Positions 1-9,185 of a DNA stretch of 64,000 nucleotides are shown here, in pieces (the stretch's first letter is position 1; each line of letters begins with the position of its first letter). Origin of the DNA: a virus (Duplodnaviria; Caudoviricetes); IMG/VR virus record IMGVR_UViG_3300020112_000918, positions 32,001-96,000 of that record. One strand, written 5' to 3'. Below the pieces are notes generated by a model that was not told where the DNA came from, did no database searches, and worked only from the letters and a program-made list of their open reading frames with translations. The translations under genes were made by a program, and so were the position numbers.

Positions 1-76
1 ACAGGCACAGGAACCGTGCGTATAGAAGTTTCTGACTATAATGAACTAAAAAAGGCTATACACTAGGAGGTAAATC

Positions 77-511
77 ATGTTTGTTCTGAAAGAAGCAGTA
101 TCTTCTAATACAGCTGTTTTCCCTATGGGAATTCCATCCAGTGTAGAGTCTATCTACTGGGATCAGAGTGCTTCAAGAACCTTTGGTCAAGTTGATGCTT
201 GGTCTTCCGGACTTGGAATTCTTGGAGGACATGACCCTGATAGAGACAATGCTATCATTAAGGCTATGAGATTTCCTAAAGATGGAAAAACTCTTGCAGC
301 TGAATTAAACAGGTGTACTAAACTTTTCTGGAAACCTGTTCAGATAATTGGAGGCAGTTTTGTCTGCACTAAAGAAGAAATAAGCCCTAAGAAAGTTATG
401 GGTAAGACTATCCCTGGAGTCATGGAGCATTACCTCCGAGTAACGGCTAAGACTCCAACTAACTCAAAAGAGTTTGTAACAATTCGTTGTATCTGGTATG
501 AAAAAGTCTAG
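77..511 (+). CDS. hypothetical protein (possible internal head protein)
   Basis: 144-aa ORF with SD AGGAGG; N-terminus MFVLKE|A resembles a prohead-protease cleavage leader. Confidence 0.6.
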   Translation: MFVLKEAVSSNTAVFPMGIPSSVESIYWDQSASRTFGQVDAWSSGLGILGGHDPDRDNAIIKAMRFPKDGKTLAAELNRCTKLFWKPVQIIGGSFVCTKEEISPKKVMGKTIPGVMEHYLRVTAKTPTNSKEFVTIRCIWYEKV

Positions 512-519
512 GAAGGCTT

Positions 520-789
520 ATGACAATCTTAGTAAGACGGGACTTTAATTTTTCGGGAAAAGCTGATGAAGACAAGGAAGTTTTAGTTGGCTCTTCTCGA
601 AAATCTATTATAGAAGGACTTACAGGGTATCCTATAAAGATGTATCCTAGTCCTTTAGACCACAAAGACCTTTATCCTAAACTAACTTTAGTTCAGTCTT
701 CTGAAGACTTTAGCGAATACTGCAAAAAGCCTTTGAAAGAAAGACTACCTACTGTAAGTGAGTTTAAGATGGCAGGAGAACACCTATGA
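520..789 (+). CDS. hypothetical protein
   Basis: 89-aa ORF in operon; stop overlaps next start (ATGA). Confidence 0.6.
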   Translation: MTILVRRDFNFSGKADEDKEVLVGSSRKSIIEGLTGYPIKMYPSPLDHKDLYPKLTLVQSSEDFSEYCKKPLKERLPTVSEFKMAGEHL

Positions 790-1283
790 TAGTTTTACAC
801 GAAAACGCTTTACTTGTGCAAAGTTCTTTAGATCTTGCAGCAAGACTCAACAGTCTGATAGGTTCAGAGTTGATTGCTTCTACTCAGTATAGAATTGCAG
901 CTAAAACCGTAGTTGGAACAGACTATGATGCTTGTCGTGCTGAGTTTGAAAAACACGCTGATGAAGAGATGGATCACATGAAGAAACTTATGGATGCAGC
1001 TGTCAAGCGTGAAATTCCTGTTTGCCAAGATTTGGCTTGTCTGATAAACTGTGCAAACCCTAAATACGAAGTAATGACTCTTAGCAAGAGCTCTTACTTA
1101 GTTCGTTTTCATCTTCAAGCAGAAGAAGAAGCAATCGACGCTTACACAGAATTTTACGATTTGATAAAGGATGTAGACACAGTCCTTGCAGATGAAATCA
1201 AAGAGATTCTTAATGATGAGATGGAACATCGTTCAGACTTGAAGAAAATAAGCTCCTCTATTTACGGGGCTGCTGATAAATAA
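786..1283 (+). CDS. ferritin-like (bacterioferritin/Dps/rubrerythrin superfamily) protein
   Basis: Diiron four-helix-bundle motifs ELIASTQY, HADEEMDH, AEEEAIDAY, ILNDEMEH. Confidence 0.85.
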   Translation: MIVLHENALLVQSSLDLAARLNSLIGSELIASTQYRIAAKTVVGTDYDACRAEFEKHADEEMDHMKKLMDAAVKREIPVCQDLACLINCANPKYEVMTLSKSSYLVRFHLQAEEEAIDAYTEFYDLIKDVDTVLADEIKEILNDEMEHRSDLKKISSSIYGAADK

Positions 1284-1302
1284 ATTTTCAACTACCTTAC
1301 AT

Positions 1303-1341
1303 AAGTCCTTCTTCTTAATCCGGAGAAGGACTTTTCTTTTT
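1303..1341 (+). terminator. rho-independent terminator
   Basis: Stem AAGTCCTTCTTC/GGAGAAGGACTT followed by T-rich tail. Confidence 0.75.
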
Positions 1342-1351
1342 AAGGTCCCAG

Positions 1352-1358
1352 CCTATTT
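1352..1358 (+). promoter_or_regulatory. putative phage late promoter core CCTATTT (DGR1 target operon)
   Basis: Motif recurs upstream of ~20 structural operons in this window. Confidence 0.6.
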
Positions 1359-1395
1359 AATTAAATACTATCTTTTTAGACAAGGAGAAATTTAT

Positions 1396-2298
1396 ATGAG
1401 CGTGTATCACGGATCACATAGAATAGCTGGATCTAATAAAAACGTTATTCGAGACAGTTTAACTCGTCAGGATACTACTTGGTCTTCTGCCAAAATTGCT
1501 GAAGAAATTCAAAATGCTAAAACATATGCATCCTACGCAGCTATGCTTGGAGAAAACTTTACTAACGGGGTTTTAACAGAACGCAACTTAGTAAATGTTT
1601 TAGGAGCTACTAGTGTTGCGGATGCTTTTGCTAAGCTGCAGGCAAAAACTTCTGTGGGAGATTTTACAAACTTAGGATTGGGAGACTATATTGATATTCC
1701 TTCTATCACTTTTGACGGTCAGACTTTGACTCATAATCCTTCTTATGAAAATCTTCGAGTTCAGATAATTGCGTTTGACTACTTTAAAAACTACTATAAT
1801 ACTACTCATCATGCAGTAATGCAGTTTAAGCATTGTCCTTTTAAAAAGGAAATTAACTCTGCAAACTCTAACGTAGGTGGCTATCCTGCTATGCCTATAG
1901 CAGGTTACTTGAGTACTACTTTTGGAGCAGGACTTGAAGCAGCTATAGGAATTAACTGTTTGTCTATTAAGCAGTTCTTCCAGAAAGCAGCTACTGCTTG
2001 GTCGAACTCTACAGGATACAAAGTATTTTTACCTACAGAAAATCAGCTGATTGGACACAAAGGTTCTTCTACAGTAGCTACAAATTTTGTTTCCTATGAA
2101 CTAGGTCAGTTCCCTTACTACACAATTAATCCTAAGGGTCTTATGAAGAACTCTAATGGAGTACTTCACTACTATTGGACAGCTTCTCCGTTGTTTGCTG
2201 TCTCGTATCGCTTTGCTTACGTGGGCGACAGTGGTCGCGTGTACGACGGCAGTGCTAATGATGACGTTATCGGTGTTGCTCCAGTTTTCTGTATCTAG
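1396..2298 (+). CDS. DGR1 target protein, C-type lectin fold (DUF6273-like), probable receptor-binding/tail tip protein
   Basis: C-terminal YYWTASP...FAYV...GVAPVFCI; 3' end is the variable repeat matching TR at 2826-2921. Confidence 0.9.
   Translation: MSVYHGSHRIAGSNKNVIRDSLTRQDTTWSSAKIAEEIQNAKTYASYAAMLGENFTNGVLTERNLVNVLGATSVADAFAKLQAKTSVGDFTNLGLGDYIDIPSITFDGQTLTHNPSYENLRVQIIAFDYFKNYYNTTHHAVMQFKHCPFKKEINSANSNVGGYPAMPIAGYLSTTFGAGLEAAIGINCLSIKQFFQKAATAWSNSTGYKVFLPTENQLIGHKGSSTVATNFVSYELGQFPYYTINPKGLMKNSNGVLHYYWTASPLFAVSYRFAYVGDSGRVYDGSANDDVIGVAPVFCI
2189..2284 (+). repeat. DGR1 variable repeat (VR1)
   Basis: 96-bp ungapped match to TR1; 18 mismatches, all at TR adenines. Confidence 0.97.
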
Positions 2299-2317
2299 TA
2301 TCCAAAATCTTTAATCT

Positions 2318-2337
2318 GGGCTGCATACCTGCAGCCC
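2318..2337 (+). promoter_or_regulatory. DGR1 target-recognition hairpin/cruciform
   Basis: GGGCTGCA-TACC-TGCAGCCC: 8-bp GC-rich stem, 4-nt loop (GGTA = GRNA on bottom strand), just after VR/IMH. Confidence 0.85.
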
Positions 2338-2362
2338 TTGTAACACAGGTTGAACGAGGAAT

Positions 2363-2815
2363 ATGAGCGTACCAGTAAGAAAAAGAAATTTATCTAGCCT
2401 TGAGTTCTATAATACAGCAGTTACAATCTACAAGGACATTGTGTCTATCTTAGACAAACTGCCGAGAAAATTGGTAGATTCAACCAGTCACGAAGTAGAT
2501 AGAACTTACTTAATAGATTTCTATCAGAAAGCGTTTCTGAAAACTTATGAAGATATGATGCTGAATATTGATTTAGCAAATGAGATTTTCATAAGTGATA
2601 AAACTGCAGCCCAGTTTAGAAATAGAAGATTGAGTTACCAGGATACAGCTATCGCTATGTGTACTCATTTAGAAACTCTGGTAGAATTGCTTACAATGAA
2701 TTTTCCTAAAATCGTAGGAGAATTAGGGGTACTGTCTCAGAATCTGGAATTTGAGTTGTCTTTACTAAAAGGATGGAAAGAATACACTAAAAAGAAAAGA
2801 AAGGTGCTTGACTAA
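2363..2815 (+). CDS. avd: DGR accessory variability determinant (Avd-like four-helix bundle)
   Basis: MSVPVRKR..LEFY start, IDLANEIF..RRLSYQDTAI, C-terminal LLKGW; lies between target and TR. Confidence 0.85.
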   Translation: MSVPVRKRNLSSLEFYNTAVTIYKDIVSILDKLPRKLVDSTSHEVDRTYLIDFYQKAFLKTYEDMMLNIDLANEIFISDKTAAQFRNRRLSYQDTAIAMCTHLETLVELLTMNFPKIVGELGVLSQNLEFELSLLKGWKEYTKKKRKVLD

Positions 2816-2825
2816 AAATTATCGT

Positions 2826-2921
2826 CGTTGTTTGCTGACTCGAATAACTTTGCTAACGTGAACAACAATGGTAACGTGAACAACAACAATGCTAATAATG
2901 ACATTATCGGTGTTGCTCCAG
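2826..2921 (+). repeat. DGR1 template repeat (TR1)
   Basis: AAC/AAT-rich (13 AAY codons) copy of VR1. Confidence 0.97.
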
Positions 2922-3194
2922 ATTTAGATAAATATTTGATATCCCAATCTAGAGATCTTAAGTTGTTACACTTCAACTACAAAAAGTGTTGGGATTTTTA
3001 AATTTATTTAAAGGAGTCAAGAGTCCTGCTAGAAATAGCAAATCTTCGGTTTTGACATAAGAAAGTGGACGCTGCTTGCATGGTAGAAGCGTAAGCAAAC
3101 TTCTATTTCATACTTTCAAAATTATGCAGAGTGTAACTTAATTGCTAAAATCCTTCCTCTAGAAAGGATACTCTGTGCAAAACCTTTTTATTTT

Positions 3195-4286
3195 ATGACT
3201 TCTGAAGATCGACGAGAATTAAGATACCAGCGAAGAAAAGCTAAAAGAATTAAAGACCAACCAGATTTTTCTGAACTTTTAAAACCAGAAAATTTATACA
3301 ATTCCTACAAGCTATGCAGAAAAGGAACTTCTTGGAAAGCAGCTGTGCAACGCTATGGAAAACACTGTATACGAAATATTTTTGCTTCTATTGAAAAGCT
3401 AAAGAAAGGAGAACCAATTACAGAACCTTTCAATCTGTTTGAAGTTCAAGAGCGAGGACGTATCAGAGTAGTTATGAGCGTTCGTATAAAAGAAAGAGTA
3501 GTTCAGAAAGCCTTGCATGACTATATACTATTTCCTATTCTAAAACCTACATTAATTCCTGACTCGGGAGCTTGTATAAAAGGAAAAGGAATTTCTTTTA
3601 CGAGAAAACGACTTAAAGAGCATTTGCGCAGATTTTATAGGAAGACTGGAAATAATGAAGGCTACGTACTTTGTGTAGACTACTCGAATTACTTTGGCTC
3701 TATAAGGCATGATGTCTTGTTAAAGTTTTTATCCAAAAAGATTCGAGATGAACAGGTATTAAAGCTAGTAAAAGAAATTTTAGACAATTATAAAAAAATC
3801 GGCTTAGGACTAGGTAGTCAAATTTCTCAGCTATGTGCTTTATTTTATTTAAGTTCAGTAGATCACTTTGTGAAAGAAAAGTTGCGAGTAAAATATTATG
3901 GTCGTTATATGGATGACTGCTACTTAATAAGTGACTCAAAAGAGGAACTTAAGTATTGGCTTAAGGAAATTAGAAAGTTTAGTGAATCCGTTCTAGGACT
4001 AACTATAAGTTCTAGAAAAACTACTATTCAGAAATTAACAAATTTTAAGTTCATTAAGGGACACTACTGCTTATCTCTTACTGGAAAAATTAAAGTTTTT
4101 CCGGATAGGAAAACATTTTTAAGATTTAAACACAAATTCGTTAAAATGTTGAAAATGAAGTGTTCCGAAGAAATTTTGCTTCCTGTAGTGCAGAGCTGGA
4201 AAGGTCATTTAAAATATTTTAATTCTTGGAAAGAGAAGCAAGCAATGTTTAAGCTCTTAGGAACCTATTTAATTAAATCTAGCTAA
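3195..4286 (+). CDS. DGR reverse transcriptase RT1
   Basis: ERVVQ, DYSNYFGSI, GLGSQISQ (DGR-type GxxxSQ), RYMDD; MTSEDRRE..YQRR N-terminus. Confidence 0.95.
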   Translation: MTSEDRRELRYQRRKAKRIKDQPDFSELLKPENLYNSYKLCRKGTSWKAAVQRYGKHCIRNIFASIEKLKKGEPITEPFNLFEVQERGRIRVVMSVRIKERVVQKALHDYILFPILKPTLIPDSGACIKGKGISFTRKRLKEHLRRFYRKTGNNEGYVLCVDYSNYFGSIRHDVLLKFLSKKIRDEQVLKLVKEILDNYKKIGLGLGSQISQLCALFYLSSVDHFVKEKLRVKYYGRYMDDCYLISDSKEELKYWLKEIRKFSESVLGLTISSRKTTIQKLTNFKFIKGHYCLSLTGKIKVFPDRKTFLRFKHKFVKMLKMKCSEEILLPVVQSWKGHLKYFNSWKEKQAMFKLLGTYLIKSS

Positions 4287-4296
4287 GGAGAATAAG

Positions 4297-4701
4297 ATGG
4301 TTTACATTTGGAATAAAGATGAACAAGTAGTATTTCATACAGATAAAAAGTTTGCAGTAGAAGTAGAAAAACTCCCTGCTACGCCAGACTTAGAAATGTC
4401 TGAAGAAGAATTTTATGCAAAACAGCCTATCCGAATAGTAGACGGAAAGTTTACTTTTGGAAAAACTGAAGAAGAACTTTCTCAGGAGGAAGCTGCAGCT
4501 GTAAGAACTAAAAGAGATTATCTTATAAATGAAGTTCAATGGCGTGTAGACAGATACCTTGAACAAAAAGCTGCAGGAGAGACTACAGTAGATTCAGAAG
4601 CAAAGTTTAAAAAGATTTCTGCTTACATAAGAGCTCTGAGAGACATTCCTACTCAGAAAGGATTTCCTTTTGACGTTGTCTGGCCAACTCTGGAGGTCTA
4701 A
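4297..4701 (+). CDS. phage tail (fibre) assembly chaperone-like protein
   Basis: RTKRDYLI...YIRALRDIPTQKGFPFDVVWP motif; CCTATTT at 4264-4270 upstream. Confidence 0.8.
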   Translation: MVYIWNKDEQVVFHTDKKFAVEVEKLPATPDLEMSEEEFYAKQPIRIVDGKFTFGKTEEELSQEEAAAVRTKRDYLINEVQWRVDRYLEQKAAGETTVDSEAKFKKISAYIRALRDIPTQKGFPFDVVWPTLEV

Positions 4702-4896
4702 GTGTTCCTACTCAAGACTCAAGAAGACGCACAAACTAGTTCCTCGATAGGCTTGCCTCCTGCTAATGTTGGTGGCGTTTTTGCCCTCAATACAGGCTCT
4801 CCAGCTCCTAGAGAGGACTCGATCTCAAAGTCAGTTAAACTTTACCTCGATAAAAATAAAGTGCCTCAGAAGGGAGATTTCGGAGGGTCAAAATGA
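4702..4896 (+). CDS. hypothetical protein
   Basis: 64-aa ORF, GGAGG before GTG, coupled to neighbours. Confidence 0.45.
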   Translation: MFLLKTQEDAQTSSSIGLPPANVGGVFALNTGSPAPREDSISKSVKLYLDKNKVPQKGDFGGSK

Positions 4897-5246
4897 ATCC
4901 AGAACTTTTAGATACTGTAAGAATCCTGATGACAGCTGTAATGATCGTCTCTACAGAAACTATCGGGATTCTTCAGTGGCTTAAGAACTTCATGTCAGAC
5001 AAAGGCTCAAAAAGAAAGAGAAACGCTTTTATTGCTTTTTGTATCTTAGTTCCTTGTGCTCTGATGAACTCAACTCTTGTGTCAACCTTGGCTACGGCTA
5101 TATTTAATGTTATATTTCTTTCATTAGCAGTTGAACAGCTTGCTTATCAGACCATTGTAAATGGTATTCCAAAAATCATCGATGCGATGTTTGACAAGGC
5201 TGCTTCCTTTGCTTCTAAGAAAGAAGAAAAGGAGAATTTACAATGA
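4893..5246 (+). CDS. membrane protein, possible holin
   Basis: Two to three hydrophobic segments, charged C-terminus. Confidence 0.5.
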   Translation: MNPELLDTVRILMTAVMIVSTETIGILQWLKNFMSDKGSKRKRNAFIAFCILVPCALMNSTLVSTLATAIFNVIFLSLAVEQLAYQTIVNGIPKIIDAMFDKAASFASKKEEKENLQ

Positions 5247-5902
5247 TTATCTTAAATGAAGCATCTGGAATCCAGAAAGCACAGATAGGAGTTTCTTCTG
5301 AACACAAGAAAGACCCTGCAACAAATCGAGGATTTGGCTATCTCTCACTTGAATACAAAGTAAACGGTGTAAAGCAGAAAGCTCGTTTTTCTTTCGATGC
5401 AAAAACAGGAGTTGTCAATTTCACAGGAGAGCCATGGGACTGGATCAAGAGTGAAATAGCTAAACGACCTTACACTTCCGATGAAAAAGACTTTATGACT
5501 CTTCATGCGAAGTCTTATGCTCGGTTCGTTAAGGGAGCAAGATCTTGTTTCTTTAATGGAACTAAGTGGAGTCTTGGCTACGGTAGTCTTGACGAAGCTG
5601 CTTTGAAAAACAAGAGTAAGATAACAGCAGACATAGTAAACCAGTATTCTATGTTGGTATCTGTTAATCCGATTAATTCTACTTTTTCTTACAACCTGAG
5701 AGATCAGGCTCTGTCCCAGGAAATAGCAATTCCGTTTATTGAGAATCCAGCTTATCCTTACATGTTTATTCTGAGACCAGACAAGCAGGAAGAGTTTGAG
5801 CAGCTTTGCAAAAAATACTGCACCCGTTCTTCTTCTGGTTGGTTTACTGTGTCTAGAAGACCTTCTTCTATCGCAGTGGGCAAGAAAGTCTACTTAGTAT
5901 AA
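5243..5902 (+). CDS. hypothetical protein (possible internal head protein)
   Basis: 219-aa ORF, SD AAGGAG, MIILNE|A leader. Confidence 0.6.
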   Translation: MIILNEASGIQKAQIGVSSEHKKDPATNRGFGYLSLEYKVNGVKQKARFSFDAKTGVVNFTGEPWDWIKSEIAKRPYTSDEKDFMTLHAKSYARFVKGARSCFFNGTKWSLGYGSLDEAALKNKSKITADIVNQYSMLVSVNPINSTFSYNLRDQALSQEIAIPFIENPAYPYMFILRPDKQEEFEQLCKKYCTRSSSGWFTVSRRPSSIAVGKKVYLV

Positions 5903-5922
5903 AATCTTTATTCTTAAACATT

Positions 5923-5944
5923 AGCTCCCTTCGGGGAGCTTTTT
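5923..5944 (+). terminator. rho-independent terminator
   Basis: AGCTCCC-TTCG-GGGAGCT-TTTT. Confidence 0.85.
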
Positions 5945-5960
5945 ATTTGCCTATTTGTTT

Positions 5961-8900
5961 ATGGCAAATAATTTAACTGATGGCATGCCTGAGGGCTTGA
6001 CCTTTAAATCTGAAGAACACAAACAAGATCTCACTTACAAAGCTACAGAAGAAGCATTGAGACAATTTTTAAAGATTTCTTCTCAGCTCGGAACTCATAA
6101 TAAAGACCTTCAAGAAGAGATTAAAACTCTTGTCGGAGATCAACAGAAACTGTACAAAAGATTCGATGAGGAACAGGCTCAACGCAGATTAGATGCAAAG
6201 CTGCTTCGTGAAAAGGGTGCTTCCGACGAAGAGATTATTGCCTACTTGTCTAAAAGACAGGAAACTTACGAAAAAGACACAAAGGCTTTGTTTGACTCAT
6301 TTGGAGATCTTCACAGAACTCTTGAAGGCTGGATTGAAGAAGATGAAAACCTTTCTGGTGGAGACAGAGTCCTTTTAAGAAAACAGCTTGAGACTTTCCA
6401 AAAGTCTTACGACCTGGATGAGCAGCTCAAGGCTGAAGCCGAAAGAAACGAAAAGAAACGAAACTCAATCCTCGAAAACATAGCAGAAAGTACTAAGGGA
6501 ACTTGGAAAGAAGCTCTTGAAAGTGGTAAATCTGAAAGAAAAGACCTGTTCGGTTCTTTTGCTTCTTCTCTGCTCGGTCCTCTTCGTGTTATTGCAGACC
6601 CTCTGACCAAGGTTGCCACAGGTAAGACAACTAGAGAAATCGCAGGAGACATTTTCGAGAAATGGACTTCAAAAGAGGACAAAGAAGATGAAGATAAGGC
6701 TGCAGAAAGAGACCTTGAACTCGAGACAGCTCTTTCATCGGCTCAACCGCCTTTAATTTCTTCTGTAGACCAGATAGCTAATCTTATCGAGAGTGACTCT
6801 CCTGAAGGACTTCTATCTCCAGAAGATATGAGAACTACGTCAACTGAAGAACTTCCTGTGTCTGCTTCTGTAAACAACGAAGGAATTCTGGAAAGAACAA
6901 CTCCTGTAGAAAACGACCTTTTACGTAAGGGTGGAATTGTCGGAGCAGCTGCTGTCTTCTTAGGAAAAGAAATTCGTAAGCTGGGTGAAGGAATTGAAGA
7001 CATCGACGTAGATGGAGATGATGAGGGATTCCTCGACAAAATTTCTGGAGGTAAGTTCTCAAAGACTCTTGCCAAACTCGCTCCTACTCTTGCTTCAGCT
7101 GCAGGAGTTGCTGCCGTTGCTGCAGTTCCTATTGCTATGCTCGTAGGTGGAGCTAAACTTCAGGAAAGAGATACTGAAGATGCTAAAAAGTATGCTGAAA
7201 AAGGCGAATACGGTCGAGCAGTAGAAACTGCTTGGCTTGGAGATAGAGAAAGACTCACTGAAGAAAATGCCAATGCAGAACTCGGAAGAGCAACTGGTAA
7301 AACAGCTCTGCTTGCAGGAGGAGCTGCAGGTGTTACAGCCTTAGCTGCAGGAGGAGCTGCTGCCGGAATGTCCGCAGGAGCTGCAGCTGCTGCAGGAGGT
7401 GCAGGACTCTTAGGTACGGGGCTTGCTGCTGCGGGAGCAACTGCAGGAGCTGTATTCCCTCCAGTTCTCATAGCTGCTGCGATTGCTGCAGCTGCAACAG
7501 TTGTAGCTAAGGGAGTTCAGGAAGCATATGAACTCGGATGGGATAAAAACCAAGCCGAAATTCAGAAAAACTTATACGATGTAATCTACTCAGAAGACTC
7601 TTCTGTTTGGGAGAAAGTTAAGGCTTCTGTCAGTTCAGACTGGAAAGAGTTTACAGGAACTATTGCTGGAGGAATCCGTGGAGTTACTGAAGAACTTGAG
7701 GGAGACGCAGCTATTGAATGGCAGAGAGGAATTGAGTATCTTGAAAAGACAGCTGCTGAAGGTAACGCAGAAAATGCTCGTCTTCTGACTATGATTCAGA
7801 GCGAAGAGTTTAAGTCTCTTTCTAAGAAAGACCAGGAAATGATGCTTAAATCAGAAGGACTTTTTGATGAGTATGAAACAATGCTCGATGAAGCTCAGAA
7901 CTCTTTCGGTGAAAGTATGCTTAACGGCTTACGAGCTACAGGGGACTTCTTTATCGGAGCTGTAAATACTAAGATGGAAGCCTATAACGGTAGAAAAGGA
8001 GCAGCAATAGATGCAAAACTTCTCAAAGAAATGGACAAAATTACGGGTGAAGATGTTGAACGCCTTAAAAATTCTACAGCGTATGCTGAAGCTCTTTCAC
8101 AGGGTAAAAATAAGAAGCAAGCAATGGAAGCAGCGTATCTCGAAGAAAAGCACAAAGAAAATGCAGCCCTCGGAATCCAAAAAGAAAACGGAGTCGCAGT
8201 AGGCTACAACGACTACGCTGTTACTTACTTCCAGAAAAAGAAATCTGATGAAGACTATCGTCAGACTCACGAATACGCTCAAGAAAAAGCTAAGCTCATG
8301 CAGAAAGGTTACTCTTCAGAGGAAGCAGATTTAAAGGCTATTGAAGAGTACAACGAAATGTATGAACAGGCTCTAACTTGGCGACTTAAACAGACTAAGG
8401 ACTATCGTGACCACTATAAAAAATGTCTCAAAGAAGGAAAGTCTATGGCTCAGGCTGAAAGAGAAGCCCTCCAGGTAGCCCGTGAAAACAAATACAACAC
8501 GATGACCTATACTGAGATCGTTAAAGAAAAGTTCTCAGAAATGGGTAAGGCTATTAAAGAGACATTTACAAAAGTCGGAGATAAGATCAAAGACGTGTTC
8601 GGAGATGTAAAAGAAAAGATTGCTGACGGGTTCAACGCTTTTAAAGAATCTGAATTCGGTCAGGCTATCTCAGACTTTGTTACAGGAATCTGGACAAAGG
8701 TTACTGAATGGTTCGGTAAGATAGGTGACTGGTTCTCAAGTAAGTGGGACTCAGTGGTTGGAGGTCTGACAGATGCTAAGGACTGGGTTGTAGACAAAGC
8801 CACAGCTGCGGGTTCTTGGATAAGTGATACAGCTTCATCTGCTTGGTCAGGAATTACAGACTTCCTCTCAATTGATGACGGTATCGTCACAAAAGACGGA

Positions 8901-9146
8901 AAGGTTATTCAGCTTTCTCCAGATGACAACGTTTATGCTACTAAAAATATGCCAACCGTTGTGGGAGATGCAGACGCACAAAGAGCTATGCCTTCTATTC
9001 CTGCTCCACAGCCTGAGTTTACAGATAAGAACATTATTGCAGCTATTCAGGTTCTTACAGAAGTTCTAAAGGGCAAGAATATGTCTCCTGAGATTAATAT
9101 TCCGGACAATTCGACTGTAGCTTTTGATCAGTTCAGATCTGCTTAA
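5961..9146 (+). CDS. tape measure protein
   Basis: ~1060 aa helical; Ala/Gly-rich hydrophobic segments; W/F-spaced 11-aa repeats near C-terminus; start likely ATG 5961, 4 nt after CCTATTT. Confidence 0.8.
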   Translation: MANNLTDGMPEGLTFKSEEHKQDLTYKATEEALRQFLKISSQLGTHNKDLQEEIKTLVGDQQKLYKRFDEEQAQRRLDAKLLREKGASDEEIIAYLSKRQETYEKDTKALFDSFGDLHRTLEGWIEEDENLSGGDRVLLRKQLETFQKSYDLDEQLKAEAERNEKKRNSILENIAESTKGTWKEALESGKSERKDLFGSFASSLLGPLRVIADPLTKVATGKTTREIAGDIFEKWTSKEDKEDEDKAAERDLELETALSSAQPPLISSVDQIANLIESDSPEGLLSPEDMRTTSTEELPVSASVNNEGILERTTPVENDLLRKGGIVGAAAVFLGKEIRKLGEGIEDIDVDGDDEGFLDKISGGKFSKTLAKLAPTLASAAGVAAVAAVPIAMLVGGAKLQERDTEDAKKYAEKGEYGRAVETAWLGDRERLTEENANAELGRATGKTALLAGGAAGVTALAAGGAAAGMSAGAAAAAGGAGLLGTGLAAAGATAGAVFPPVLIAAAIAAAATVVAKGVQEAYELGWDKNQAEIQKNLYDVIYSEDSSVWEKVKASVSSDWKEFTGTIAGGIRGVTEELEGDAAIEWQRGIEYLEKTAAEGNAENARLLTMIQSEEFKSLSKKDQEMMLKSEGLFDEYETMLDEAQNSFGESMLNGLRATGDFFIGAVNTKMEAYNGRKGAAIDAKLLKEMDKITGEDVERLKNSTAYAEALSQGKNKKQAMEAAYLEEKHKENAALGIQKENGVAVGYNDYAVTYFQKKKSDEDYRQTHEYAQEKAKLMQKGYSSEEADLKAIEEYNEMYEQALTWRLKQTKDYRDHYKKCLKEGKSMAQAEREALQVARENKYNTMTYTEIVKEKFSEMGKAIKETFTKVGDKIKDVFGDVKEKIADGFNAFKESEFGQAISDFVTGIWTKVTEWFGKIGDWFSSKWDSVVGGLTDAKDWVVDKATAAGSWISDTASSAWSGITDFLSIDDGIVTKDGKVIQLSPDDNVYATKNMPTVVGDADAQRAMPSIPAPQPEFTDKNIIAAIQVLTEVLKGKNMSPEINIPDNSTVAFDQFRSA

Positions 9147-9170
9147 AAGGTCGCCGTAGAAAAACTGTTC

Positions 9171-9180
9171 GGAATTATAC
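9171..9180 (+). promoter_or_regulatory. GGAATTATA-type promoter for the downstream ncRNA
   Basis: Matches the GGAATTATAA(T) motif found upstream of several non-structural genes. Confidence 0.5.
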
Positions 9181-9185
9181 TGAAT

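Larger units (their letters stand above)
1396..4286 (+). mobile_element. diversity-generating retroelement DGR1 (target-VR, hairpin, avd, TR, RT)
   Basis: All canonical components present in canonical order. Confidence 0.95.

Noticed and set aside
3195-4286. RTs as group II intron, retron or Abi RTs
   Set aside because: Both have the DGR GxxxSQ motif and adjacent adenine-specific TR/VR pairs; no maturase or intron structure seen
7300-7510. GCAGGAGCT-like tandem pattern, possible repeat array/CRISPR
   Set aside because: Ala/Gly codon low complexity inside the tape measure gene; no repeat-spacer array seen in the window
6193-9069. Many alternative-frame and antisense ORFs inside long genes (also in ligase, sheath, capsid, portal)
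   Set aside because: Shadow ORFs from codon bias, with no SD or protein-like features, unlike the 9702/9704 pair
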